A DNA stretch of 64,000 bases from Candidatus Limnocylindrales bacterium (GCA_038325875.1 JBBQJL010000001.1:50881-114880), one strand, 5' to 3'. Positions 28,112 through 37,776 are shown, counted from the first letter of the stretch. The notes: generated by a model not told the origin, from the letters alone. Made by a program: numbers and translations.

Positions 28112-31100
28112 CGCTCCGTTGTCCGAGCTGCGCGACCGACAGTCCGGCTGGGACCAAGTTCTGCCCGGAGTGCGGGGCGCGTCTCGACGCCGGCCGACCA
28201 GGGTCGCAGGAGGTCCGACGGACGGTCACCGTCCTGTTCTCCGACGTGACCGGCTCGACCGCCCTCGGCGAGCGCCTCGACCCCGAATCGCTCCGCTCGA
28301 TCATGAACCGGTACTTCGGGGCGATGAAGGTCGTCATCGAGCGCCACGGTGGGACGGTCGAGAAGTACATCGGTGACGCGATCATGGCGGTCTTTGGGCT
28401 GCCGACCGTCCACGAGGATGATGCCCTCCGTGCCGTACGGGCGGCTTCGGAGATGGGATTCGCCCTGACCGCGCTCAACGCCGAGCTTGCGCACGACCGT
28501 GGGATGACGATCACGACCCGAACTGGCATCACGACGGGCGAGGTCGTCGCGGGCGACGCGGCCCACGGCACGCTCATCACGGGCGATACGGTCAACACCG
28601 CGGCCCGGCTCGAGCAGGCGGCCCCTCCCGGCCAGATCCTCCTGGGGCGCCCGACGTGGCAGCTGGTCCGCGACGCAGTCGAGGTCGAGCCGCTCGAGCC
28701 GATGGCGGCAAAGGGCAAGGCCGCACCGCTGGCCGCCTTCCGACTCATCTCGATCGACCCAGGCGCGGACGCCCACACCCGTCGGCTCGATGGTCCGATG
28801 GTCGGACGTGCCCGTGAGCTCGGCCGGCTCGAACAGGCCTTTCGCCAGACGGTCGCCGATCGCTCCTGCCAGCTCTTCACGCTGCTCGGCTCAGCGGGCG
28901 TCGGGAAGAGCCGCCTCACCGGTGAGTTCATCACGGGCGTCGGTGTCGAGGCGACGGTGCTCAAGGGACGCTGCCTCCCGTACGGCGAGGGGATCACATA
29001 CTGGCCACTCGGTGAGGTCGTCCGCGCGGCCAGTGGCATCGATGAGCGCGATGCACCAGAGGTCGCCGTGGCCAGGCTCGCCGGGCTGCTTGAGGGGGAG
29101 CAGGACGAGGAGGTCCTTACCCGTCGCGTCGCGGTGGCCATCGGACTCGAGCTCGCTGCCGCGACCCAGGAGGAGATCTTCTGGGCGACGCGCAGGCTCT
29201 TCGAGCGTCTCGCACGAACTCGGCCGTTGGTCGTCGTGTTCGAGGACATCCATTGGGCTGAGGCGACGTTCCTCGACCTCATTGAGCACGTCGCCGACTT
29301 GTCGAGGGACGCGCCACTCCTCCTCCTCTGCCCGGCTCGCCCGGAGCTTCTGGACCGACGGCCCACCTGGGGTGGCGGCAAGCTCAACGCGACGACGATC
29401 CTGCTCGAGCCATTGCCCGCGGAGGCGACTCGGGAGCTCATCGATCAGCTGCCCGGCGGCGAAGCGCTGCCGTCAGCGCTCCGGAGTCGAATCCTGGATG
29501 CGGCGGAGGGCAACCCCCTCTACCTCGAGGAGATGCTAGCGATGTTGGTCGACGATGGTCTCGTCAACCAGACGGACGGCGCTTGGGTCGGTGCGGCCGA
29601 GGTGGCCGAGGTTCGCGTCCCACCGACGATCCAGGCGCTCCTCGCAGCGCGGCTCGACCAGCTCGATCCCGAGGAGAGGGCCGTCGCCGAACGGGCGTCC
29701 GTGGTCGGTCGGGTGTTCGAACAGGCGGCGGTCATCGAGCTTGCCTCGGTCGCGCTCCGACCGGAAGTCGCGCGGAGCCTGGTCGCGCTGGTCCGAAAGG
29801 AGCTCGTTCGTCCAGACCGATCCGAGTTGTCGGTAGGCGATGCATTCAAATTCCGCCACATCCTGATCCGCGACGCGGCGTATGAGGCGCTCCCGAAGTC
29901 GGATCGGGCCGAGCTCCATGAACGGTTCGCGAATTGGCTCGAGCGCACGGCGAGTGAACGTATCAGGGAATACGAGGAGATTCTCGGCTACCACCTGGCC
30001 CAGGCGCACCGCTATCGGACGGAGTTGGGTGAAAGCGGTGAGCGAGTCGAACGACTGGCAGAGCTGGCAGCCGGGCGCCTGGCGGCGGCCGGGGTGCGTG
30101 CGTTCGACCGCGGCGACATGTCGGGTGCCCCAGGGCTGCTCGCGGCGGCGACGGATCTCTATCCTCGGGGATCGACACGACGCCTCGAGCTGGCCGCCGA
30201 CCGCAGCTTCGCCCTCTTCTCGGCCGGCCGGGTTCGCGATGCCCAGGCCACGCTCGCCGAAGCCATCAGCGAGGCGGACTCGTTCGGGCTCCTGGCCTTC
30301 GCGACGCGATCGCGCCTCGATGCGAGCCTCCTGCAGATCATCTCGGCCGGAGAGTACCGGCAAGTCAGCGAGACGGCGAAACTCGCTATCCCAATACTCG
30401 AGAAGGACGGGGACGACTCCGGCCTTGGCAAAGCTTGGCTCGTACTTGCGAATGCGGCGTGGCAAGCTGGTCAAGCGGAGGCGGCCATCGCCGCCCGGAG
30501 TCGGGCCGACGAGTACGCCCGGCGAGCCGGTGACCGGCGGTCCGATCGGTGGACGACCTTCTGGGGCGCCGAGTGCTACGGACCGGCCCCGGCCGCAGCG
30601 ACCATCCGGGCTCTCGAGAAGATGCATGCTGCCGCCCAGGGCGACCCATTGCGACAATCCAAGCCGCTGTTCTCTCTGGCCGGACTGTATGCCATGCGAG
30701 GTCGGGTCGCCGATTCCCGGCGGGCATATCGGGATCTGCGGCGGATCTTCGTGGATCTCGGGATGAGTGTCCTCGTCGCCGCCGCGGCCGAGATAGCAGG
30801 CGTTGCCGAACTGGTGGGGGAGGACGCGCGGGCGGCCCAAGCTGCCCTCGAGGAAGGGATCCTGGGCATGGAAGACCTCGGGGCGGCCGCCTACCTCTCG
30901 ACTCTGCTGGGGATCAAGGCGATCGCGCTGGCTCGGCTGGGTGAGAACCAAGGAGCATTGGATGCCGCCGATCGCGCGGTCCGCGAGGGGTCGAACGAGG
31001 ACGTCCTGCTCCATGTCTTTTCGAACACGGCTCGCTCGATCGCGTTCCTTGCGATGACCGACGCCCGATCGTCGATCGAGGCGGGAAGGGAGGCGATCAG

Positions 31101-31296
31101 ATGGGCGGAATCGACCGACTTCGTGAGCTTCCACGCCGACGCCCGCCTCGCGCTCGGGGCTGCCCTTCGAGCGGAGCGTGCCGAGACCGAAGCCGCCCAG
31201 TCGGCGTCCCGCGCGCTACAGCTGTACGCGGCGAAGGGCAACTTGATCGGTGCGCGCGCGGCGCGCGTCTTCATCGAGCGCGCGGATGAGCGATGA
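28108..31296 (+). CDS. Multidomain signalling protein: double zinc ribbon - class III adenylyl/guanylyl cyclase - STAND/AAA ATPase - TPR-like helical repeats (1062 aa)
   Basis: The GTG at 28108 overlaps the DUF1028 stop (GTGA). The zinc ribbon is CPSCATDSPAGTKFCPECG. The cyclase core reads VTVLFSDVTGSTAL...KYIGDAIMAVFG...GDTVNTAARLE. The P-loop is LLGSAGVGKSRL. The C-terminal half is a long helical/TPR-like region. Confidence 0.8.
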   Translation: MTLRCPSCATDSPAGTKFCPECGARLDAGRPGSQEVRRTVTVLFSDVTGSTALGERLDPESLRSIMNRYFGAMKVVIERHGGTVEKYIGDAIMAVFGLPTVHEDDALRAVRAASEMGFALTALNAELAHDRGMTITTRTGITTGEVVAGDAAHGTLITGDTVNTAARLEQAAPPGQILLGRPTWQLVRDAVEVEPLEPMAAKGKAAPLAAFRLISIDPGADAHTRRLDGPMVGRARELGRLEQAFRQTVADRSCQLFTLLGSAGVGKSRLTGEFITGVGVEATVLKGRCLPYGEGITYWPLGEVVRAASGIDERDAPEVAVARLAGLLEGEQDEEVLTRRVAVAIGLELAAATQEEIFWATRRLFERLARTRPLVVVFEDIHWAEATFLDLIEHVADLSRDAPLLLLCPARPELLDRRPTWGGGKLNATTILLEPLPAEATRELIDQLPGGEALPSALRSRILDAAEGNPLYLEEMLAMLVDDGLVNQTDGAWVGAAEVAEVRVPPTIQALLAARLDQLDPEERAVAERASVVGRVFEQAAVIELASVALRPEVARSLVALVRKELVRPDRSELSVGDAFKFRHILIRDAAYEALPKSDRAELHERFANWLERTASERIREYEEILGYHLAQAHRYRTELGESGERVERLAELAAGRLAAAGVRAFDRGDMSGAPGLLAAATDLYPRGSTRRLELAADRSFALFSAGRVRDAQATLAEAISEADSFGLLAFATRSRLDASLLQIISAGEYRQVSETAKLAIPILEKDGDDSGLGKAWLVLANAAWQAGQAEAAIAARSRADEYARRAGDRRSDRWTTFWGAECYGPAPAAATIRALEKMHAAAQGDPLRQSKPLFSLAGLYAMRGRVADSRRAYRDLRRIFVDLGMSVLVAAAAEIAGVAELVGEDARAAQAALEEGILGMEDLGAAAYLSTLLGIKAIALARLGENQGALDAADRAVREGSNEDVLLHVFSNTARSIAFLAMTDARSSIEAGREAIRWAESTDFVSFHADARLALGAALRAERAETEAAQSASRALQLYAAKGNLIGARAARVFIERADER

Positions 31297-31682
31297 AGAG
31301 GCCTGAACATGGACAACCCGGAGGATCCTGGGTCTAGCTGTTCTTCCCCGTCAGGGTTGTTGCCGGGCACGCGGCTCATCGGTGGCTGCCCGGTGAGTGA
31401 CCAATGCGGTCGGCGTCGATTGTCGAAGTCGATGAAGCGGGCGAGACTGGCGACCCATGCGCCGGGTTCGGTGGACGGCTCGGCCCAGCCCCGCCGCCAG
31501 CCCCGCCGACGACCCGCAGTCAGCCGCTGCTATACTGCCCTGGTCTCGGAACGCGGGCACAGACCCGCCGCACGGAGATCGGCCCATCGCTCGAGGAACG
31601 TTCGCCCCGTGAGACGAACGCCCAACGATCCGGGGATCGCCGGAACGCCGGCGTCTCGACGAAGGGAGCAGTCTATCCGGGT

Positions 31683-31710
31683 CCTCGGCCACTCGGCCGG
31701 GGCCTTTTTC
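31683..31710 (+). terminator. Terminator-like hairpin + U-run inside the purA 5' leader (candidate attenuator/riboswitch expression platform)
   Basis: CUCGGCC-acuc-GGCCGGG (7 bp with one G-U pair) followed by GCCUUUUUC. The element ends 45 nt before the purA ATG, and the leader is 458 nt long. Confidence 0.35.
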
Positions 31711-31754
31711 ATCCCCGACCTGGGCCACCGCGGCCAGCTAGAGGCGTTCGCCTG

Positions 31755-33068
31755 ATGCCGGCCACCGTCATCGTCGGATTGCAATGGGGCGACGAAGGGA
31801 AGGGCAAGACCACCGACTTCCTGGCCGAACAGGTCGCCATGGCCGTCCGCTACCAGGGCGGCGACAACGCCGGCCACACGGTCGTCCTCGGCGACGAGGT
31901 GTTCAAGCTCCGGCTGACCCCGTCGGGCGTGCTCTACCCGCACATCTCCAGCGTCATCGGGGCCGGTGTCGTGGTCAATCCGGCGACCCTCATCGGTGAG
32001 CTGGACATGCTGACCTCGCGCGGGATCGACACGGGCAAGGTCCGCGTCAGCCGCAATGCCCACGTGATCATGCCCTACCACGTTGCGCTCGATGGGGCGA
32101 TGGAGGCGCGCCTCGACGGCGAGAAGGTCGGCACCACGAACCGCGGGATCGGCCCGACCTACGCCGATCGCGCGTCGCGCCTCGGCCTGCGGATGGAGGA
32201 CCTCCTCGACGAGGCGACCTTCCGCCACCGCCTGGCCAAGGTGCTGCCCGACAAGAACACCCTGCTCGCGACGATGCCCGGCGCCACCCGGTTCGAGGCC
32301 GAGCCGCTGGTCGCCCAGGCGATGGCCTGGGGTGAGCGCCTCCGTCCGCACCTCGCCGACACGACCTGGCTGGTCCAGGACGCCCTGCGCCGCGGTGACC
32401 ACGTCCTGCTCGAGGGCGCCCAGGGCACGCTCCTCGACATCGACCATGGCAGCTACCCGTATGTCACCTCGTCGAACCCGATCGCCGGCGGCGCCTGCAC
32501 CGGCGGCGGGATCGGGCCGCTCCAGGTCGACGAGGTCATCGGGGTCATGAAGGCGTACACGACCCGGGTCGGCTCGGGTCCCTATCCGACCGAGTTGACC
32601 GACGAGGTCGGGGCGGGCATCGCCGAGCGCGGCCACGAATTCGGGACGGTGACCGGACGACCCCGCCGGGTCGGCTGGTTCGACGCGGTCGCGCTGCGCT
32701 TCGCCGTCGCCATCAACAGCGTGAGCAGCATCATGCTGAACAAGATCGACATCCTGTCCGGGATCGACGAGATCCGGCTGTGCGTCGCCTATGAGATCGA
32801 CGGGCAGCGCCTCGAGCAGTGGCCGTCGAGCGCCGAGGTCTTGAGCCGGGCGCGCCCGATCTACGAGCGGTTCCCGGGCTGGACGGAAGAGATCAACGGG
32901 GTCCGGACCCTGGCCGAGCTGCCGGAGAACGCGCGGCGCTACGTCACGGCGCTCGAGGTGGCCGCCGGCGTTCCGATCGTCCTCGTGTCGGTCGGGCCGG
33001 AGCGGACCCAGACGATCGAGCGGGCGTATCGCCCGATGCGCCATCGGCCGACGGTCCCGGCCGGATGA
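31755..33068 (+). CDS. purA: Adenylosuccinate synthetase
   Basis: MPATVIVGLQWGDEGKGKTTDFL...GGDNAGHTV...TTNRGIGPTYADR. These motifs are unambiguous. Confidence 0.9.
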   Translation: MPATVIVGLQWGDEGKGKTTDFLAEQVAMAVRYQGGDNAGHTVVLGDEVFKLRLTPSGVLYPHISSVIGAGVVVNPATLIGELDMLTSRGIDTGKVRVSRNAHVIMPYHVALDGAMEARLDGEKVGTTNRGIGPTYADRASRLGLRMEDLLDEATFRHRLAKVLPDKNTLLATMPGATRFEAEPLVAQAMAWGERLRPHLADTTWLVQDALRRGDHVLLEGAQGTLLDIDHGSYPYVTSSNPIAGGACTGGGIGPLQVDEVIGVMKAYTTRVGSGPYPTELTDEVGAGIAERGHEFGTVTGRPRRVGWFDAVALRFAVAINSVSSIMLNKIDILSGIDEIRLCVAYEIDGQRLEQWPSSAEVLSRARPIYERFPGWTEEINGVRTLAELPENARRYVTALEVAAGVPIVLVSVGPERTQTIERAYRPMRHRPTVPAG

Positions 33069-34465
33069 GCCTGCCCGTGATGCCGACCCGGATCCTCATC
33101 GTCGGCGGGGGCGGCCGCGAGCACGCCCTGGCCTGGAAGCTCGCCGCTGAACCGGGCGTCAACGAGATCGAGGTGGCGCCGGGCAGCGCAGCGATCGGCG
33201 CCGAGCCGCGGGTGCGTACGCTCCGCGAGGTCGACGCGCTCGTCCCGGCGGCGGTCGTGGCGGCTGCTCGCTCCCACGCGGTCGAGCTTGTCGTCGTCGG
33301 GCCGGAGGCGCCGCTGGCGGCCGGTGTCGCCGACGCCCTGACCGAGGCCGGGATCCCGGTCTTCGGCCCCAGCCGTGCGGCAGCCCGGATCGAGACGAGC
33401 AAGGCCTTCTGTCACGAGGTCGCCGAGGCGGCCGGCGTGCGGATGGCCCGGAGCCGGGCGTTCGCTGCCGGCGAGCTCGACGCTGCGCTGGCGTTCGCCG
33501 CCGAGCTGGCCGGCTCGGGACGCGGGCTGGTGGTCAAGGCGGACGGGCTGGCGGCGGGCAAGGGCGTGGCCGTGTGTGACGACCTGGCGACGGCCGAGGA
33601 CGAGCTGGTCGGTCTGCTCGGGTCCAGGCCGAGCCACCCCGACGAGGCGGCGGGAACGCCCCGGGTCGTCCTCGAGGAGCGCCTGTTCGGGCCCGAAGTG
33701 AGCGTGATCGCCGTGTCCGACGGCCGGCTGGCGCTGGCCCTGCCCGCCGCTCGCGATCACAAGCGTCTGGGTGACGGGGACCGCGGCCCGAACACGGGTG
33801 GCATGGGTGCCTTCAGCCCGGTGGCCGACCTGCCCGACGACGAGGCGGCCGCCCTGCTCGCTGGCGTCCACCTGCCGATCCTGGCCGAGCTCGACCGCCG
33901 TGGGACGCCGTTCCGCGGGTTCCTCTACGCCGGCCTGATGCTGACCGCGGACGGTCCCGTCCTGCTCGAGTGCAATGCCCGTCTCGGCGACCCGGAGGGG
34001 CAGGTCATCCTGCCGAGGCTGGCCGGGCCGCTCGGGCCGGTCCTGCTCGCCGCCGCGCGGGGCGACCTGGGGCCCGTCGTCCGGAGCCTCCCATCCGCCA
34101 CGCCGGCGCTGCCGACGCTGCCCGCGGCGGCGGTGGCGATCGTCCTCGCCGCCGAGGGCTATCCGAACACGCCGAAACGGGGCCAGTCGATCGCCGGCCT
34201 GGACGACGCGGTCCGTCTCGGCTGTCTCGTCTTCCACGCCGGGACGCTGGCTCGTCAACCGAGCGGCTTCGCGACCAACGGTGGGCGGGTCCTGACCGTG
34301 GTCGGTCGGGGCCTCGACCTTCGGTCTGCCCGCGCCCAGGCCGAGCAGGGGGCCGACGCCATCGCCTGGGACGGGCTCCAGCGCCGCCGCGACATCGGCC
34401 TCGAGTCGGCCGCCGACGTGGCGGTCCCGATGGCGACCGGCGCACTCCCCGGCGGCGCCCGATGA
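33065..34465 (+). CDS. purD: Phosphoribosylamine--glycine ligase
   Basis: ATGA overlap with purA. The protein reads RILIVGGGGREHALAWKLA...VVKADGLAAGKGV...GPNTGGMGAFSP. Confidence 0.9.
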   Translation: MSLPVMPTRILIVGGGGREHALAWKLAAEPGVNEIEVAPGSAAIGAEPRVRTLREVDALVPAAVVAAARSHAVELVVVGPEAPLAAGVADALTEAGIPVFGPSRAAARIETSKAFCHEVAEAAGVRMARSRAFAAGELDAALAFAAELAGSGRGLVVKADGLAAGKGVAVCDDLATAEDELVGLLGSRPSHPDEAAGTPRVVLEERLFGPEVSVIAVSDGRLALALPAARDHKRLGDGDRGPNTGGMGAFSPVADLPDDEAAALLAGVHLPILAELDRRGTPFRGFLYAGLMLTADGPVLLECNARLGDPEGQVILPRLAGPLGPVLLAAARGDLGPVVRSLPSATPALPTLPAAAVAIVLAAEGYPNTPKRGQSIAGLDDAVRLGCLVFHAGTLARQPSGFATNGGRVLTVVGRGLDLRSARAQAEQGADAIAWDGLQRRRDIGLESAADVAVPMATGALPGGAR

Positions 34466-35775
34466 TCCGTCGCTACACGCTCGCCGAGATGGGCGCGCTG
34501 TGGTCCGAGACCGCCCGCTTCGAGCAGATGCTCAAGGTCGAGATCGCCGTGGCCCGGGCGCAGGTCGGGCGCGGGCTGGTGCCGGCCGAGGCGCTGGCCG
34601 CGATCGAGGAGCGCGCCCGGGTAGATGTCGAGCGGATCGCCGAGATCGAGCAGACGACCGACCACGATGTCATCGCCTTTGTCAGCCAGGTCGCCGAGAC
34701 GGTCGGGCCGGAGGGCCGCTACCTCCATCTCGGCCTGACCAGCAGCGACGTCGTCGACACGGCGCTGGCGCTCCAGCTCAAGGCGGCCGGCCAGCGACTG
34801 CTGGCCGATCTCGACCGGCTCCTGACCGTGGTCATCGCTCGGGCACGCACGGAAGCGGCGACCGTGATGATGGGTCGGACCCACTCGGTCCACGCCGAGC
34901 CGACGACCCTCGGCGCGAAGATGGCCGGCTGGGCGTTCGAGCTCGACCGCGATCGGCGGCGCCTGGCCGACGCGGTCGCCGAGATCGCGACCGGCAAGAT
35001 CTCGGGCCCGGTCGGGACCTACAGCCACCTCGACCCGGAACTCGAGGCCGAGGTCCTGGCCTCGCTCGACCTGCGGGTCGACCCGGTCAGCAGCCAGATC
35101 GTCCAGCGCGACCGGCACGCGGCGCTGCTCGTCGCGATCGCCATCACCGGCGGCTCGCTGGAGCGCTTCGCGACCGAGGTGCGCAACCTCCAGCACACCG
35201 AGATCGGCGAGCTCCAGGAGCCGTTCCGGGCCGGCCAGAAGGGTTCCAGCGCGATGCCCCACAAGCGCAACCCGATCCTGTCCGAGCGGATCGCCGGCCT
35301 GGCCCGACTGCTCCGCGGCTATGCGGGGGCGGCACTCGAGGATCAGCCGCTCTGGCACGAACGGGATATCAGCCACAGCTCGGCCGAGCGGGTCCTCCTG
35401 CCGGACGCCACGATCCTGCTCGATTACATGCTGGTCAGGATGGCCGGCCTGATCGAGGGACTGATCGCCCGGCCCGATCGGATGCGCGAGAACATCGAGC
35501 GTGGACTCGGGCTCCATGCGTCGTCGCGCGTACTGGTCGCGCTGGTCGACGAGGGCGGGCTGAGCCGCGAGGACGCATACGGCATCGTTCAGCGCAGCGC
35601 CCTCCGCGCGGCCGACGAGCGCCGCCCGTTGCGCGAGCTGCTGGCGACCGACCCGGTCGTTGCCCGGTCACTGCCCCTGAGTCGCCTCGACGCGTGCTTC
35701 GACGACGACGCCTTCCTGCGCCACGTCCCGGCCATCGTCGCCCGTCTCGAGCGGATCGAGGCGACGGCGCGATGA
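34462..35775 (+). CDS. purB: Adenylosuccinate lyase
   Basis: ATGA overlap with purD. The protein reads MIRRYTLAEMGALWSE...GLTSSDVVDTA...GQKGSSAMPHKRNP. Confidence 0.9.
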   Translation: MIRRYTLAEMGALWSETARFEQMLKVEIAVARAQVGRGLVPAEALAAIEERARVDVERIAEIEQTTDHDVIAFVSQVAETVGPEGRYLHLGLTSSDVVDTALALQLKAAGQRLLADLDRLLTVVIARARTEAATVMMGRTHSVHAEPTTLGAKMAGWAFELDRDRRRLADAVAEIATGKISGPVGTYSHLDPELEAEVLASLDLRVDPVSSQIVQRDRHAALLVAIAITGGSLERFATEVRNLQHTEIGELQEPFRAGQKGSSAMPHKRNPILSERIAGLARLLRGYAGAALEDQPLWHERDISHSSAERVLLPDATILLDYMLVRMAGLIEGLIARPDRMRENIERGLGLHASSRVLVALVDEGGLSREDAYGIVQRSALRAADERRPLRELLATDPVVARSLPLSRLDACFDDDAFLRHVPAIVARLERIEATAR

Positions 35776-36722
35776 CCCTGGCCGACGGGTTCGTCCGCTC
35801 CGGCAAGGTCCGCGATCTGTACGCGCTTGGCGACGACCGGCTGCTGCTCGTCGCGTCGGACCGACTGTCGGCGTTCGACGTCGTGTTGCCGACGCCGGTC
35901 CCCGACAAGGGTCGGGTCCTGACCGGCCTGTCGCGGTTCTGGTTCGCGGAGACCGGGTCGATCGTCCCGAACCACCTCCTGTCGGCGGACGTGTCGGCCC
36001 CGGACGTGACCGCCCTGTCGCTCGATCCGGCGGACCTGCGCGGTCGGTCGATGATCTGCCGGCGGGCCGAGGTGCTCCCGATCGAGGTGATCGTGCGCGG
36101 CTACCTGGCCGGCTCAGGCTGGCAGGACTACCAGCGCAACCGGGCGATCGGCGGACAGCGGCTGCCGGTCGGGCTGCATGAGAGCGATCGCCTCCCCGAG
36201 CCGATCCTCACGCCGTCGACCAAGGCCGAGTCAGGCAGCCATGACGAGAACATCGACCTGTCGGCCATGGTCGACCGGCTGGCCGTCGTGGAGCTCGCCG
36301 GCCGACCTCTCGGCTTCGCTGCTGCGGACGCCCTCACCGAGCGGATCCGCGACCGGGCGATCGCCCTGTACCGGTTCGGATCGGCCGTGGCGGCCCGGGC
36401 GGGCATCCTGCTGGCCGACACGAAGTTCGAGTTCGGGCTCCTGCCCGATGGCCAGCTCCTGCTCATCGACGAGGCGCTCACCCCGGATTCGTCGCGGTTC
36501 TGGGATGCTCCGACGTACGAGCCGGGGCGCGCCCAGGCCAGCTACGACAAGCAATACGTGCGCGACTGGCTCGAGACCCAGGCGTGGACCAAGACGGCGC
36601 CCGGTCCGACCCTGCCGGCGGCGGTGGTCGACGGCACCCGGGCTCGGTATGTCGAGGCATTCGAGCGGATCACCGGCGCCGACTTCGGGCGCTATCTCGA
36701 GGAGGACGTCATCGCCCGATGA
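35772..36722 (+). CDS. purC: Phosphoribosylaminoimidazole-succinocarboxamide synthase (SAICAR synthetase)
   Basis: ATGA overlap with purB. The protein reads GKVRDLYALGDDRLLLVASDRLSAFDVVL...LADTKFEFG, matching the long actinobacterial-type PurC. Confidence 0.85.
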   Translation: MTLADGFVRSGKVRDLYALGDDRLLLVASDRLSAFDVVLPTPVPDKGRVLTGLSRFWFAETGSIVPNHLLSADVSAPDVTALSLDPADLRGRSMICRRAEVLPIEVIVRGYLAGSGWQDYQRNRAIGGQRLPVGLHESDRLPEPILTPSTKAESGSHDENIDLSAMVDRLAVVELAGRPLGFAAADALTERIRDRAIALYRFGSAVAARAGILLADTKFEFGLLPDGQLLLIDEALTPDSSRFWDAPTYEPGRAQASYDKQYVRDWLETQAWTKTAPGPTLPAAVVDGTRARYVEAFERITGADFGRYLEEDVIAR

Positions 36723-37027
36723 GCACCACGACAGCGTTCCGGTTCGCCGTCAATGTCACCCCCAAGGACGGCATCCTCGACCCGCAGGGCCGGGCGGTGG
36801 AGGGGAGCCTGCCCCACCTCGGGGTGACCGGCGTCTCGGCGATCCGGGTCGGCCGCAGGGTCGAGCTGACGGTCGTCGCCGAGACCGAGGGCGACGCCCG
36901 GGCGATCGTCGAACGGCTGGCCGGCGAGCTCCTCAGCAACCCCCTGATCGAGGCCTACGCGATCGAGCTCCTCGGGGCGATCGCGCCGGCGACATCGATC
37001 GCCAAGGCAGATGGCGTGCCGGCCTGA
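36719..37027 (+). CDS. purS: Phosphoribosylformylglycinamidine synthase subunit PurS
   Basis: ATGA overlap with purC. The protein reads FRFAVNVTPKDGILDPQGRAVEGSL...VRVGRRVELTV, which is PurS-like, with a short C-terminal extension. Confidence 0.75.
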   Translation: MSTTTAFRFAVNVTPKDGILDPQGRAVEGSLPHLGVTGVSAIRVGRRVELTVVAETEGDARAIVERLAGELLSNPLIEAYAIELLGAIAPATSIAKADGVPA

Positions 37028-37776
37028 TGGTCCGCATCGGCGTCGTCCTGTTCCCCGGCTCGAACCGCGACATCGACGCGGTCAATGCGCTCCAGGTCGC
37101 CGGCGCCGAGCCGGTCGTCCTGTGGCACGAGGCGGCGAACCTGCAGGGCGTCGACGGGATCGTCCTGCCCGGCGGATTCGCCTATGGCGACTACCTCCGC
37201 GCCGGCGTCATCGCCCGGTTCAGCCCGGTCATGCGCGCGGTCGCGGCGTTCGCCACCGAGGGCGGGCACGTCCTCGGCATCTGCAACGGATTCCAGGTCC
37301 TGACCGAAGCCGGCCTGCTGCCAGGCGCCCTGCTGCGCAACCGCTCGCTGCGGTTCGTCTCGCGTGAGATCGCGGTCATGCCCGAGCGGCTCGACTCGCC
37401 GTTCACCCGGGCGATCGACGCCCGCCGGCCGCTGCGCATGCCGGTCGCCCATGGCGAGGGCTGCTACTTCGCCGACCCGGCTGCGCTGGACGCGCTCGAG
37501 GCGAGCGGTGGCGTGCTGTTCCGCTACGTCCATCTCGACGGGACGGTCGCCGGCGGCGAGGAGGATCGGGCGAATCCGAACGGCTCGCTGCGGGCGATCG
37601 CCGGCGTGACCAACGCCGCCGGCAACGTCGCCGGGCTGATGCCCCATCCGGAGACCGCGGTCGAGGTCGTCCTCGGTTCGGACGACGGCCTCGGGATCGT
37701 CCGCTCGCTGGTCGACAGCGCGGCCGAACGAGCGCACGGGGCGCGGCCCGTCGTCGTCGGGGTCGGCGTCCGATGA
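37027..37776 (+). CDS. purQ: Phosphoribosylformylglycinamidine synthase glutaminase subunit
   Basis: TGATG overlap with purS. The protein reads [17 protein letters not shown]...GICNGFQVL...MPHPE, a class I glutamine amidotransferase. Confidence 0.85.
   Translation: MVRIGVVLFPGSNRDIDAVNALQVAGAEPVVLWHEAANLQGVDGIVLPGGFAYGDYLRAGVIARFSPVMRAVAAFATEGGHVLGICNGFQVLTEAGLLPGALLRNRSLRFVSREIAVMPERLDSPFTRAIDARRPLRMPVAHGEGCYFADPAALDALEASGGVLFRYVHLDGTVAGGEEDRANPNGSLRAIAGVTNAAGNVAGLMPHPETAVEVVLGSDDGLGIVRSLVDSAAERAHGARPVVVGVGVR

Noticed and set aside
31600-31740. Possible ZTP (pfl) riboswitch call for the purA leader.
   Set aside because: Only fragmentary resemblance (CCGGGGAUCGCC, CCGACCUGGGCC) was found. 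I could not place the P1/P2 pseudoknot partner at a proper distance. I kept it as a hypothesis in findings rather than as an annotated ncRNA.
31309-31755. 148-aa ORF filling the purA leader.
   Set aside because: Its composition is Arg/Pro-rich and junk-like. It has no RBS and its codon third-position bias is weak. I interpret it as non-coding leader.
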